From assembly GCA_040772485.1 (NCBI GenBank), contig JAXGYC010000007.1, forward strand, positions 512,001-576,000: DNA of 64,000 nt, in the 5' to 3' direction. The notes beneath the pieces are model-generated. The model saw only the letters and a program-made list of their open reading frames with translations. It made no database searches and was not told the origin of the DNA. Position numbers and translations under genes: made by a program. This document shows, in pieces, positions 19,050-28,619 of this stretch (its first letter is position 1; the number at the start of each line of letters is the position of its first letter). This DNA is from Sedimentisphaerales bacterium (GTDB lineage Bacteria; Planctomycetota; Phycisphaerae; Sedimentisphaerales; Anaerobacaceae).

Positions 19050-19235
19050 ATGGCTGAGCCGATGCGAAAAGATCAGGCGCATGAGATGGTGGATCGGATG
19101 TCGGAAGGCTCGACATGCGACGACGTGATCCGTGAAATCTACGTCCGGCAGGTGATCGAGCAGGGTCTGGCCGACAGCGAGGCCGGCCGGACCGCCGATG
19201 TCGCCGACGTCCGCCGGAGATACGGACCATTGTGA
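19050..19235 (+). CDS. Putative antitoxin (61 aa)
   Basis: KDQAHEMVDRMSEGSTCDDVIREIYVRQVIEQGLADSEAGRT..VRRRYG resembles small antitoxins found upstream of RelE/ParE toxins. Confidence 0.7.
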   Translation: MAEPMRKDQAHEMVDRMSEGSTCDDVIREIYVRQVIEQGLADSEAGRTADVADVRRRYGPL

Positions 19236-19378
19236 TCGATCGATGACAATTGATGATTGATTACTCCGCTAACGCGTTCCACCAATCTCCATATCGCATC
19301 GTCTATTACATCAAGCCCGATCAGATCGATGTGCTGGCCGTGATTCACGCTGCGCAGGATGTCTTCCGCGAACGCTGA
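19232..19378 (+). pseudogene. Truncated RelE/ParE-family toxin
   Basis: GTG overlaps the antitoxin stop, in-frame stop at 19244; only the C-terminal PYRIVYYIKPDQIDVLAVIHAAQD remains. Confidence 0.7.
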
Positions 19379-19436
19379 TTCCAGGCGAGCGGGAGCCTGC
19401 CCTGAGCTTGTCGAGGGGACGCTCACCCTTGTATGG

Positions 19437-20240
19437 TCAAGTCTTCTTGATTCTCACCCGGATGGTGAAGGTGCCGGGGACGGGGCGTTTGGAGGCGACG
19501 ACGAGGTAACCGCCGCCGCAGCCGGAGTACATCGCGCCGGGGTAGCGGGCTTGGTAGAAGCTCAATAGCTCGATCAAGTCGACGCGCAGGGTCGGGTGGC
19601 GGACGGTGCCGGGCAGGATGGCCTCCCAGCAGGCCATGCACTCGTTCATCGAAGCGCCGAGGCGCTCGATGTCACGCGCGACAATGGCGTCGTAACAGTC
19701 GCGGCCCGAGCGGCCCAATCGCCCGATCCACGCGGGGTCGAGGTTCTTCGTTTCGAGCGGGTTGTAGCCGTCGGGACGCGGGGCGACCGGCAGGATGTGC
19801 AGGATGCGCCCGAGCCAGGCGGCGACGGCAGGGTCGTTGCAGGACTCGATGTGGGCGGGAAACAGGCCCTCGTGACATCGGAAATCGTAGTCGAGGCGGC
19901 TGACGCCGGGATAGATCAGGCCGATCATGTCCTGCGAGCCGGAGGGCTCGGCCCGGCCTTCGTTCTCGGCGTCGTATAGCTCGCGGACGAGCTGCTCGGG
20001 GTCGCGGTCGGGCAGCGCGCCGCCCCAAAGCTCCAGGGCGATCTGGCGGGTGCTGCCGCAGATGCCGGAGCGGTCCATCCAGCGGAACTGCGGCTCGACC
20101 GCGACGACGACCATCGAGCCGGGCGGGTCCGGGTTGAGCCGGGAGGCGAACGGCTGGTCGATCCAGCCGCCGGCCAGGGCCACGCGGTACTGGAGCTTGC
20201 CGATGACGTCGGTGATGTCGTGACTTTGCGGCGGTGTCAT
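19437..20240 (-). CDS. GHMP-kinase-like protein
   Basis: YRVALAGGWIDQP, SGSQD and YSGCGGGYL motifs; start chosen at ATG 20240 to avoid overlap with the epimerase. Confidence 0.75.
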   Translation of the reverse strand: MTPPQSHDITDVIGKLQYRVALAGGWIDQPFASRLNPDPPGSMVVVAVEPQFRWMDRSGICGSTRQIALELWGGALPDRDPEQLVRELYDAENEGRAEPSGSQDMIGLIYPGVSRLDYDFRCHEGLFPAHIESCNDPAVAAWLGRILHILPVAPRPDGYNPLETKNLDPAWIGRLGRSGRDCYDAIVARDIERLGASMNECMACWEAILPGTVRHPTLRVDLIELLSFYQARYPGAMYSGCGGGYLVVASKRPVPGTFTIRVRIKKT

Positions 20241-20305
20241 GCGACGATTGTACGGTGCTCCATTTCGCTGACAAGTGTTCTTATGCACGCGGACGTGGCG
20301 GGCGG

Positions 20306-21349
20306 TCAACTGACGGTGTGCTTGCCGGCCTTGCGGGCGTAGTACTGCTGCTCGATCCAGGCGTAGGTCTTGCGGAGGCCTTCTTCGAGCGGGGTGCTGG
20401 GGGCCCAGCCGAGGACCTGCTGGATGAAGGTGTTGTCGCTGTTGCGTCCGCCGACGCCTTTGGGGGCGGTCAGGTCGTATTTGTGTTTGAGTTTGACGCC
20501 GCCGATCTTCTCGGCCAGCAGCATGAGATCTTCGATCGAGATCAGATAGTCGGAGCCGAGGTTGATCGGCGTGGCGATCAGCGCGTCGCAGTGCATGATC
20601 ATGTCGATGCCGAGAACGCAGTCGTCGATGTACATGAAACTGCGCGTCTGCGTGCCGTCGCCCCAGATCACCACTTCGTCCAGCCCCTGGTCCTTGCACT
20701 CGATCACCTTGCGGCACAGCGCCGCCGGCGCTTTCTCCCGCCCCCCATCCCAGGTGCCCGGGACCCCATAGGCGTTGTGGAAGCGGGCGATGTGGGTTTC
20801 GAGTTGGCGCTCGACCCAATACTCAATGCAAAACATCTCGCTTATCAGCTTTTCCCAGCCGTAACCGCGTTCGGCCATGGCGGGGTAGGCGTCGGACTCC
20901 TTCAGGGCGCGGACGTTGGGGTCCTTCTGGAGGTCGGTGTTGTAGGCACAGGCGGACGACGAGAAGAAGTACCGCGTCGCGCCGGCGCGGTACGCGGCCT
21001 CGATCATGTGCGTGTTGATCAGCACGCTCCGCAGACACTCGATGCGAAACCGCTCGATGAAGCCCATCCCGCCCATGTCGGCCGCGAGATTGTACACCTC
21101 GACCGCGCCCTCGCACGCCCGTCGGCAGTTGTCCGGCTCGCTGAGGTCCAGGCACAGGCACTCGACGCCCGGCGTCCGCTGGTACCACTGCGGCAGCGGC
21201 TTCTTGTCGATCGCGCGGATCCGCCGGAATCCCTGTTCGTGGAAATACCGCACCAGCGCCCCGGCGATGAACCCGCCGGCCCCGCCGACCACGATCAGAT
21301 CGTCCTTGTCCAGCACCGACGCCGCCGTGGGATTCTTCTTGCGTGCCAT
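20306..21349 (-). CDS. NAD-dependent epimerase/dehydratase, GDP-mannose 3,5-epimerase-like
   Basis: GAGGFIA, YNLAADMGGMGFI, SSSACAY, YGWEKL, GGREKAPAALCRK, GVGGRNSDN. Confidence 0.9.
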   Translation of the reverse strand: MARKKNPTAASVLDKDDLIVVGGAGGFIAGALVRYFHEQGFRRIRAIDKKPLPQWYQRTPGVECLCLDLSEPDNCRRACEGAVEVYNLAADMGGMGFIERFRIECLRSVLINTHMIEAAYRAGATRYFFSSSACAYNTDLQKDPNVRALKESDAYPAMAERGYGWEKLISEMFCIEYWVERQLETHIARFHNAYGVPGTWDGGREKAPAALCRKVIECKDQGLDEVVIWGDGTQTRSFMYIDDCVLGIDMIMHCDALIATPINLGSDYLISIEDLMLLAEKIGGVKLKHKYDLTAPKGVGGRNSDNTFIQQVLGWAPSTPLEEGLRKTYAWIEQQYYARKAGKHTVS

Positions 21350-21500
21350 CTTGTGTCCTTTCCTATAGGCCCTGTCGCCTTGCCGCAAGGGCCTGTACCA
21401 TATTGACTTCTCAGCCGAATCGCCGTGGATTATAATGCTCGTGCAGCCCGATGGAAATGTCAAATGTTGTCCAGAGCATGACCATTCTTGACTGGTCGCC

Positions 21501-22379
21501 ATGAGCCACGAAATCCGCGATACCGGCAGCGTCCCGACATTCTACTCGAACCAGGTGCTCGAGGCCGAGCGGTTCTACCTTGACGCGGTCGGCGGCGTGC
21601 GCCAGCCGCTGGCGGTGGTCTGCGGCGGGCGCGAGCGCTGCGGCCCGGACTACCGCATCGACCGCGCCGACTTCCCCTTCCACTCGATCGAATTCGTCGC
21701 CCGCGGCAAGGGCACGCTGACCCTCAAGGGCCGGACCGAGGCCCTCTATCCGGGCCGCGTCTTCTCCTACGGGCCCGGCGTGGCCCACCTGATCGCCGCC
21801 GATGGACCCGAGCCGCTCGTGAAGTACTTTGTCGATTTCACCGGCCCGACGGCCGCCAAGGTCTTATGTGACAACGACTTGGCCCCGGGCACCGCCGTCC
21901 GGATCGCCTCGCCCGATGCGGTCCTGCGGATCTTCGACGACCTGATCGCCGCCGGCTGCTCCGGCACGCGCCAGGGCCCGGCCATCTGTGCCAAGCTGGT
22001 CGAGCTGCTGGTCCTGAAGATCGCCGAAGCCGGCCTCGTCGACGACCCGTACCGCAGCGCCGCCTTCGCCACCTACCAGAGCTGCCGCCAGTACATCCGC
22101 GACCACTTCCCGACGCTGCGGACGCTGGAGGAGATCGCCGAGAGCTGTCACGTCGACGAAGCCTACCTCTGCCGGCTCTTCAAACGGTTCGACAGTCAGA
22201 GCCCCTATCAGTACCTGACCCAGCTCAAGATGGCCCAGGCCGCCCGATTCCTCCAGCGAAACGACAAGCTCATCAAGCAGGTGGCCTTCGAGCTGGGCTA
22301 CAGCGACCCGTTCCACTTCTCCCGCGCCTTCAAGAAAGTCTTCGGCCTCTCCCCCGCCGCCTTCCGCAAACTCCGCTGA
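21501..22379 (+). CDS. AraC-family transcriptional regulator
   Basis: C-terminal double HTH: IKQVAFELGYSDPFHFSRAFKKVFGLSPAAFR; divergent from the epimerase. Confidence 0.93.
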   Translation: MSHEIRDTGSVPTFYSNQVLEAERFYLDAVGGVRQPLAVVCGGRERCGPDYRIDRADFPFHSIEFVARGKGTLTLKGRTEALYPGRVFSYGPGVAHLIAADGPEPLVKYFVDFTGPTAAKVLCDNDLAPGTAVRIASPDAVLRIFDDLIAAGCSGTRQGPAICAKLVELLVLKIAEAGLVDDPYRSAAFATYQSCRQYIRDHFPTLRTLEEIAESCHVDEAYLCRLFKRFDSQSPYQYLTQLKMAQAARFLQRNDKLIKQVAFELGYSDPFHFSRAFKKVFGLSPAAFRKLR

Positions 22380-22855
22380 GCCGCAACGCGGCAGCCCGGA
22401 GACCGCAGGCCATATGCGCAGGATGGGCTTTAGCCCATGCGGTCTCTAAGCACTCAACACTCAAAACTCGTCGCGGCTCACGGCCGCTACGTATGACTAC
22501 GTACGCCCAAAGGTATGTCGCGACATCGGAGGGGGGCAAGCACGACATTGGGGGGCGCCTGGGAATTGGGGTGAGCGCCCATGCTGTCGAGGGTGCTGCG
22601 CGAGGCGGCGTGGATGGGGCGGACGGACCGGTGGAGGGGCGGTACCGTGCCTTTGATGTCCCGAAACGCCAGCGATGCAGAGAAACCGGGGAGCGGGCGG
22701 CCGTCATTCGTGTCTCCCTTCGGCTTCGCTCAGGGCAGGCTGCGCTGGTATCTCGTATCTCGAAGGGGCGATGGTGAGAACGGAAGGCAGAAGAACGCAG
22801 GCCGGAGACAGAAGGCGGCAGGCCGCAGGAACAACAGACTCAAGACTCGGCGGCC

Positions 22856-22921
22856 GTAGGCCGCCCAATAGTCAATCGTCGATAATCCATAGTCAATTCC
22901 CTCGCTCAACACTCAAAACTG
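22856..22921 (+). repeat. 66-bp direct repeat, copy 1 (partner 23679-23744)
   Basis: gtaggccgcccaatagtcaatcgtc(g/a)ataatccatagtcaattccctcgctcaacactcaaaactg; one mismatch seen. Confidence 0.9.
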
Positions 22922-23080
22922 GCGTGAGCCACAGGCCGCGACCCCCTGACCGTCCAACGCCTCCTCGACCGGCTCTCCCCTCGGCCGCACGCCCGTCATC
23001 GAGCCCAGAAAGGGTGTACCTGACCGCGTTCCGTTCCGCGCAATGAGTAGACTGTCTCGCGACTTCGCCGAAACCATCTG

Positions 23081-23320
23081 CTACCCCGTGAGAGCGTTGG
23101 CTTTCGCCATCGCGGACCGTGCGGCCTGAATGGCGTGCATGGCCGCGTCGTCAAAGAAGCGGGCGCCACAGACCTGACACCTGTAATGGTCCAGACGCTT
23201 CACCACTGCGCCGTCTTCGAGGCGGCAGGTTTCCACTACGCGTGCCATCCGCATCTGCCCGCACTCCGGGCAAGGCAGAGACTCAGATATCGGTGCTCCT
23301 TTTGGACGAGATGAGGACAT
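23081..23320 (-). CDS. YgiT/MqsA-type zinc finger protein (putative antitoxin)
   Basis: CPECG...HYRCQVCGARFFD; true start uncertain. Confidence 0.7.
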   Translation of the reverse strand: MSSSRPKGAPISESLPCPECGQMRMARVVETCRLEDGAVVKRLDHYRCQVCGARFFDDAAMHAIQAARSAMAKANALTG

Positions 23321-23594
23321 AGAAGATATCCACGCCTTCCTTCTTGAGGATTTTACCCTTCGTGTAGATGTCGATGCCGTCGAAGGTCAAGCCCTTGATG
23401 ACATACAGTCTTTCCGTCCGGTGTGTCTCTGGATTCCGCGAGCGCAGGACCTTAAAGATCGCCGGAGCATTCAGGATGGCCTCGTACACCAGTTCCGGCG
23501 TCAGCACGTCCTGAGCCATCTCAATTTCCGCCTTCTCGGTGAAGAGGACCCGCCGCGAAATCACCAAACGCTTTATCGTAACAAGGGCATCCAT
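23283..23594 (-). CDS. Putative toxin (DUF4258-like)
   Basis: 103 aa with VLFTEKAEIEM...LYVIKG...YVLISSK, upstream of and overlapping the zinc finger gene; RBS agggggag. Confidence 0.65.
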   Translation of the reverse strand: MDALVTIKRLVISRRVLFTEKAEIEMAQDVLTPELVYEAILNAPAIFKVLRSRNPETHRTERLYVIKGLTFDGIDIYTKGKILKKEGVDIFYVLISSKRSTDI

Positions 23595-23678
23595 ATGTTC
23601 TCCCCCTCTATCGTAGCCTGTTCAACGCTCCAAAACAAAGGAAAAAGCGAACCAGGAGAAGCCTCCAGCCCGGATACT

Positions 23679-23744
23679 GTAGGCCGCCCAATAGTCAATC
23701 GTCAATAATCCATAGTCAATTCCCTCGCTCAACACTCAAAACTG
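23679..23744 (+). repeat. 66-bp direct repeat, copy 2
   Basis: Matches 22856-22921. Confidence 0.9.
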
Positions 23745-23778
23745 CATTCTGTCTCGCTTGTGGCGGGGGCCGCTGAGG

Positions 23779-24015
23779 TCAGTAGGGATCAGGCGTGCGG
23801 TCGGGGAACGGATCGGGCCAGCGGCCGGTGCGTTCCTTGATGATCTCGGCGTTCTTGCGGTCTTCGTAGCGTTCCACGCGGTGTCTCCTGTCCGTGGTCT
23901 CGTAGACCCCTGGCCTGTCGTGGCGAAAGTCGTCCGGAAACAGAAACTGCTTCACGGAGCGGCAGCCCGGCAGCAAGATCACGCCCACCAGCAAGCACAC
24001 GAGTCTGGTCCGCAT
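23779..24015 (-). CDS. Small putative lipoprotein
   Basis: [18 protein letters not shown] lipobox-like signal. Confidence 0.6.
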   Translation of the reverse strand: MRTRLVCLLVGVILLPGCRSVKQFLFPDDFRHDRPGVYETTDRRHRVERYEDRKNAEIIKERTGRWPDPFPDRTPDPY

Positions 24016-24378
24016 GGTCTGACCCCTATCTATTGAATCGTGCCATCGACGGCCGTCCATCGTACCTCCTGGGGATCACATCATCAAGGCCAGACCAACG
24101 GAGCGGAGATTGATCCGTACTCCATTTCATCCGGCGGGCCCGAGGGACAACAGAGGACCGAAGAACGCAGGCCGGAAACCGAACGCGGCAGGCCGCAGCA
24201 AGAACTGACTCGAAACCAAGCGCTCAACACTCAAAACTCTCGCGGCCACAGGCCGCAGCCCGCTGACCCCACCGAGACGCCAGCCACCATTTCGCCTTGG
24301 CGAAAAAGTACCGGACACCGTTTCGTTCCCCTTCCCTGCCCGTCGCCCATTCACCACGATGACGCGAACAAAATCTCC

Positions 24379-24660
24379 GCAACCGTCCGGCGGAGTACAT
24401 AGAGTGACGGGTTGAGTGTTCGATTGTGTCTCTGGGGCTCTGTCTACTGCGTCAAGGGATGGTGATTATGGACGAGAGGGTTTCCAGTTTCGGGGGAACA
24501 GTTCCTCGATGCGGTTGGCCGGACGGGTGCTGATCCGCGCCAGGACATCTCGCAGGTAGGCGAATGGATCGATCCCAGAGAGCTTGCAACTGGCGACCAG
24601 GCTGTAGAGGACCGCCGCCCGATGACCGCCAGAATCTCCTGTAAGCGACGTTCTTACCCA
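24379..24660 (-). mobile_element. IS66-family remnant (transposase C-terminal fragment plus IR-like ends)
   Basis: GGHRAAVLYSLVASCKLSGIDPFAYLRDVLARI...RIEELFPRNW (24466-24640); IR-like gcaaccgtccggcg at 24379 and gtaagcgacg at 24641. Confidence 0.75.
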
Positions 24661-24930
24661 GAACCCTCTGCCGGACGCCCGTCGGTGAGCCCAGAAAAAG
24701 CACCTGACCCTGTTCCAGTGTCTGACGTGAAGGTGATTTGTCATCTTTTCTTCTTATATCTCCCCCTGGTGCCGGTCGATAATACTGGGGCGAGTCTGTA
24801 AGCCCGGCGGGGTTTGGACTCCAGCGAGACGAGGGTGAGAACAAAACACGCAAGGTGAGGATATTACGCATGTGCACGCTTGGCCCGTGTAGAGCAGAGA
24901 CCACGGCATAGTGCAATAGGAGTCACAGTT

Positions 24931-25266
24931 ATGGACTTTCTCGTATGCATATGCAATCCCATGGGGCTGGAAACACACGTGCCTGTCGAAGACATCAATG
25001 GCGAAGAGGAAGCGGTGTCCCAGGCGAAGGAGATGGCACTCGGAACGAAGGAGGGCACGAAGATCGTGCTGTTCACACGAGAAGGCAACACAATGTGCGC
25101 CTGGAAGATGACGAAAGGCGGTCGGTTAAGAACACTCGCTGCGGAAGAGATACAGGGTGTCTGCGCGGTCGGCCCTGGTGCCTTCGAATTTGCCAAACGA
25201 CAACGGGATAAGCTGAAGAACGGGCGAGGCACAAAACGGGAAAAAACGAGCGTAAAAGATGCCTGA
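24931..25266 (+). CDS. Hypothetical protein (111 aa)
   Basis: ATG at 24931 with RBS aggag; first gene of a lower-GC plus-strand cluster. Confidence 0.55.
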   Translation: MDFLVCICNPMGLETHVPVEDINGEEEAVSQAKEMALGTKEGTKIVLFTREGNTMCAWKMTKGGRLRTLAAEEIQGVCAVGPGAFEFAKRQRDKLKNGRGTKREKTSVKDA

Positions 25267-25314
25267 CCCTGCTTGTCACTCCCCAGAAGCAAGACGAATT
25301 CACAGGAGATTGGA

Positions 25315-26106
25315 ATGAAGACTTACGCAATCCTCATCTCATTCGTCGTGGTCGGACTTGTTCTGTCATTGACAGCGATCGCCTGTCCGGCAGGATCATG
25401 GATTGGGGCATGGCTCTTGCAATTGGCTGGCGTCTTGATGATCGGTGGCGGTCTGGGGATAATTGACAAGACGCTGTTGCATCGAGATACTTTCGAGAAC
25501 ACACGCCGACTGTTCATGATACATGAGAGCACGGTCCAACTCGGCCTAAAGGAGATCATAAGGGATGCGAACCAATACTCGTACTCACGTATCGTCCGGG
25601 AAAGTCCATCACTCAGCGTGGTTCTGAATGATGGGCGCACATGGGTATCCGCACACATCACAGACATCAAGAGCAGATTCGAGAAGAAGGAGTTCGTTAC
25701 GGAACTCTTCGTCCCCGATCCAAACGGCTCTTTCGCCCCTATCATTGCCAAGAAGACTGGGTATACAGATGCGGATCAGGTTGCCAAGATTGAGCAGGCC
25801 AAGAGCCGTTTGATTGAAGAGTTCGATATCGGCGGACACGTTGGTACTCTCAGGATTTACCACATCCCTCACTTTCCGACGCATAGCGTCTTCCTCGGCT
25901 CTGATGAGGCGCTAGTTTCACAGTACGGCGTATCGAGTGGTCGCCGTGCCGTTCCACTTTTCGCCTACTGTCGCCTATCCGATGCCAACTGTTTATACGC
26001 GGATGTTCGCGATGACGTTGGGAAGCTGCGTGCCGAATCTCAGTGCGTATATGACAGCGATGACGAAAAGGCCAAGGCAAACAATCACTCAGGGGTGACG
26101 TGTTGA
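25315..26106 (+). CDS. Two-TM membrane protein with soluble DUF5919/PLD-like-fold domain
   Basis: Two N-terminal hydrophobic helices; VVLNDGRTW...LFVPDPNG...LRIYHIPHFPTHSVF; RBS caggag. Fold call is inference. Confidence 0.65.
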   Translation: MKTYAILISFVVVGLVLSLTAIACPAGSWIGAWLLQLAGVLMIGGGLGIIDKTLLHRDTFENTRRLFMIHESTVQLGLKEIIRDANQYSYSRIVRESPSLSVVLNDGRTWVSAHITDIKSRFEKKEFVTELFVPDPNGSFAPIIAKKTGYTDADQVAKIEQAKSRLIEEFDIGGHVGTLRIYHIPHFPTHSVFLGSDEALVSQYGVSSGRRAVPLFAYCRLSDANCLYADVRDDVGKLRAESQCVYDSDDEKAKANNHSGVTC

Positions 26107-26181
26107 CCGGGAAGACAAGGTCCGCCATTCTGCAGCGTCCTCGATATCCCCTACGAATTTGCATCGGAGCTATGATACGTC

Positions 26182-27216
26182 ATGTCAGGTAAACGGCAAC
26201 ATTTCATTCCGCGCTTTCTGCAAAGAGGGTTTGCCAGCCACGTGGTGGGAGAACAAGTGTTTACTTGGGTTTATCGCAAAGGAACGGCGGCATTCAGTTC
26301 CAACATCATGAACGTTGGCGTGGAGGGCGCATTCTACAGCGAAGACGACGATACGCAGACAGACGATATTATCACGGAGGCAGAAACGACGTTTAGTGCC
26401 CTTGTGGCCAAATTGAAGGCGTCGAAGCCTGGGTCAACAGGGGATCCGCAGCTACCGGCTCTTGTTGCACATCTGGAAGTGCGCACACGAAGCCTCAGGC
26501 AGTGTTTCGCCGCCTCAGCAGATTACCTCGGCCAGCAAATCTGCGGATTCCTAGCAAATGAGGAAGCCTTTGTCGATTTCGTATTGCGCAAGCTCCAAAG
26601 AGAACCGGCAATGCTAAGGGATCTGGTTCACGAAGAGTGTGAGAAAAGGGGACTTCCGCCCGATGCGCAGGAACAGATGATGCCGATAATACGATCACTA
26701 TTACCAGCATGGTTGGAGCAGATCAAGCCCAGGCTACCTGAGTTCCTGGACGTCTTTCGTTCCCGGTTTACAGAAGGAATGCCGAAGGCACTGAAGTCCG
26801 GGCATTTGAGAGCACTGAAGAAGGACATCGCGCCGGAGCGCAAGGTTCAGCATTACACGACTTTGTCCTATGCCCTACTCGATCTACGCGATGATTCGCT
26901 GATTCTTGGCGACTCACCTGTTGTCTTCGAGGTCGATGGCGCGCGTCGATACAAGACACTCATAGAGAAGGGTAATATCTTGAAATCGGTGTATCTGCCA
27001 TTAACTCCCCGAAGACTCCTTCTTGGCACGTGTTCAGCGCCAAATCCAGACGTAGCTGACATATCGAAGGTCGTCGCGCGATGCTCGCTAGAGCATTTCA
27101 TCTCCCACCGGAGGTGTGAGGCAAATGACCTATTGAAAGGGGAAATCGGGCAAGATGCCTACCTCTTGAGCAAAAAGCAAATCCAGGATATATGGACCGG
27201 CATCCTGAGTGAGTAG
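26182..27216 (+). CDS. DUF4238 domain protein
   Basis: N-terminal KRQHFIPRFLQRGF; LILGDSPV; YLPLTPRRLL. Confidence 0.82.
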   Translation: MSGKRQHFIPRFLQRGFASHVVGEQVFTWVYRKGTAAFSSNIMNVGVEGAFYSEDDDTQTDDIITEAETTFSALVAKLKASKPGSTGDPQLPALVAHLEVRTRSLRQCFAASADYLGQQICGFLANEEAFVDFVLRKLQREPAMLRDLVHEECEKRGLPPDAQEQMMPIIRSLLPAWLEQIKPRLPEFLDVFRSRFTEGMPKALKSGHLRALKKDIAPERKVQHYTTLSYALLDLRDDSLILGDSPVVFEVDGARRYKTLIEKGNILKSVYLPLTPRRLLLGTCSAPNPDVADISKVVARCSLEHFISHRRCEANDLLKGEIGQDAYLLSKKQIQDIWTGILSE

Positions 27217-27368
27217 ATTGGTTGGGAAAGGCCACCACATCAGTCGTTGGAATCCGGGGGCAGGCCAGAAATGAGGATTGCGGGGACATCTTACTGATTT
27301 CAGTCTTGCATTGCGTGGGGTGTGCGCACCTATCATCACACGTATCGTGTATTCTGCGGCGAGGGTAA

Positions 27369-27452
27369 GAGTCCTTTGATCTTGATTTTTCGGAAGCAGA
27401 CGGCGCCGGCGTGGTCCTGGAGCATGAGGTGTCCGGCGGGCCGCTCGCCGCA
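27369..27452 (-). pseudogene. DUF1080 (3-keto-disaccharide hydrolase family) 3' fragment, copy 1
   Basis: CGERPAGHLMLQDHAGAVCFRKIKIKGL matches the family end GHI.LQDH...V.FRNIKI+EL. Confidence 0.7.
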
Positions 27453-27486
27453 GTGGTCGCTGACGCCGGTTGGTCCCCTTCGACGG

Positions 27487-27723
27487 TCAGAGGTCGTCGC
27501 CTTCTATGGGCGGGCGGTCCGGCACCTTGTCGAGGATCCCGCGCAGGGCGCCTTTCTTGGCCCGTTTGGCCCGTTCTTTCAACAGTTCTTCCGTCATGAT
27601 CGCCGAGACCTTCTCCGCGACCGCCGAGGAAATGAACTGGTTGATCGAGACGCCTTCTCGCCTGGCAATCTCGCGAATATGACGATGGATGGAATCGGGA
27701 AGCCGCAAACTCAACGCACTCAT
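27487..27723 (-). CDS. Ribbon-helix-helix antitoxin
   Basis: MSALSLRLPDSIHRHIREIARREGVSINQFISSAVAEK; ATGA overlap with the PIN gene. Confidence 0.85.
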   Translation of the reverse strand: MSALSLRLPDSIHRHIREIARREGVSINQFISSAVAEKVSAIMTEELLKERAKRAKKGALRGILDKVPDRPPIEGDDL

Positions 27724-28139
27724 CGGATGATCTCCAAAAACTGCCTGGGCGTCCAGACCTTCACGCCCATAGAAGCTGCCTCTTGAAAATGCCTGGTATT
27801 GTGCGTCACGATGCCATCGGCCTGCGACGCCACGGCCAGTTCCAACAGATGATCGTCCTTCGGATCGGCCAGGCAGGGCCGCCACAGAAAGTAGATTTTC
27901 TGGTGCTCGCCAATCTGGCAGAGGGCATCGAGCAGTCTGTCTATGTCCTCCTGCGACAGCTTCAGACGGCGCTTGTCTCTGCCGAGCACCTCCTCATACT
28001 CAAAGAGCAGTGCGGTCGACAGCACGATGCGCACACGGCCCGCCTCGATGGTGCGTAAGATCTGATAAGACGCCCCACGCGCCGAGTACAGCCCGGCAAA
28101 CAGGACATTCGTATCCAGGATGATACGCCTATCGGCCAT
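27720..28139 (-). CDS. PIN-domain toxin
   Basis: IILDTNVL...EYEEVL...DPKDDHLLELA...IVTHNTRHF. Confidence 0.9.
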   Translation of the reverse strand: MADRRIILDTNVLFAGLYSARGASYQILRTIEAGRVRIVLSTALLFEYEEVLGRDKRRLKLSQEDIDRLLDALCQIGEHQKIYFLWRPCLADPKDDHLLELAVASQADGIVTHNTRHFQEAASMGVKVWTPRQFLEIIR

Positions 28140-28391
28140 CTATAGTAATACTACATACGGTATCGCCGTGAGTCAAGTCCAAAATCCGGGTGGCCGGGAA
28201 ATGAAAGCACTGCGGTGCATCTTCCGGGCCGCTCGCCGAGGCGGTCGCGGTCTTTGAGTTTGCTCTCGGCGATGGTGTGCGCGGCGGCTCGGGCGAACGC
28301 GTAGGCGGAGGACCCACCTTACGTGGGGGCTCAGCAGGTCAGCCCAGATAGGACGCGATTACCCGTTTCCTGCGGGAGTGGAAAGGAGCCG

Positions 28392-28458
28392 TTTGCAGTG
28401 TGCCCGTGAGGGCACACTCGTCCCGGCTAAAGCAACGCCTCACGGCGTCACTACGAAC
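28392..28458. repeat. Inverted pair of REP-like hairpins
   Basis: tttgcagtgtgcccgtgagggcaca and aacgcctcacggcgtcactacgaac. Confidence 0.6.
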
Positions 28459-28619
28459 CAGACCCTGACCCCAAGCCCAAACGGGCAATCGCGTCAGATA
28501 GGAGTTGACAACGGTGGTGGGGCCGACGCAGTATTGGACGATCGGGTCAGAAGGCCTTCGACATGAAGGGCTGGACTGGAAGGCGATCGCGTCGCCGGTT
28601 CGAGAAGGGGAAGAGTTCT

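Noticed and set aside
20241..20819. N-terminal extension of the GHMP-like ORF (460 aa in the track)
   Set aside because: Overlaps the epimerase in another frame; recognisable motifs begin only after ATG 20240.
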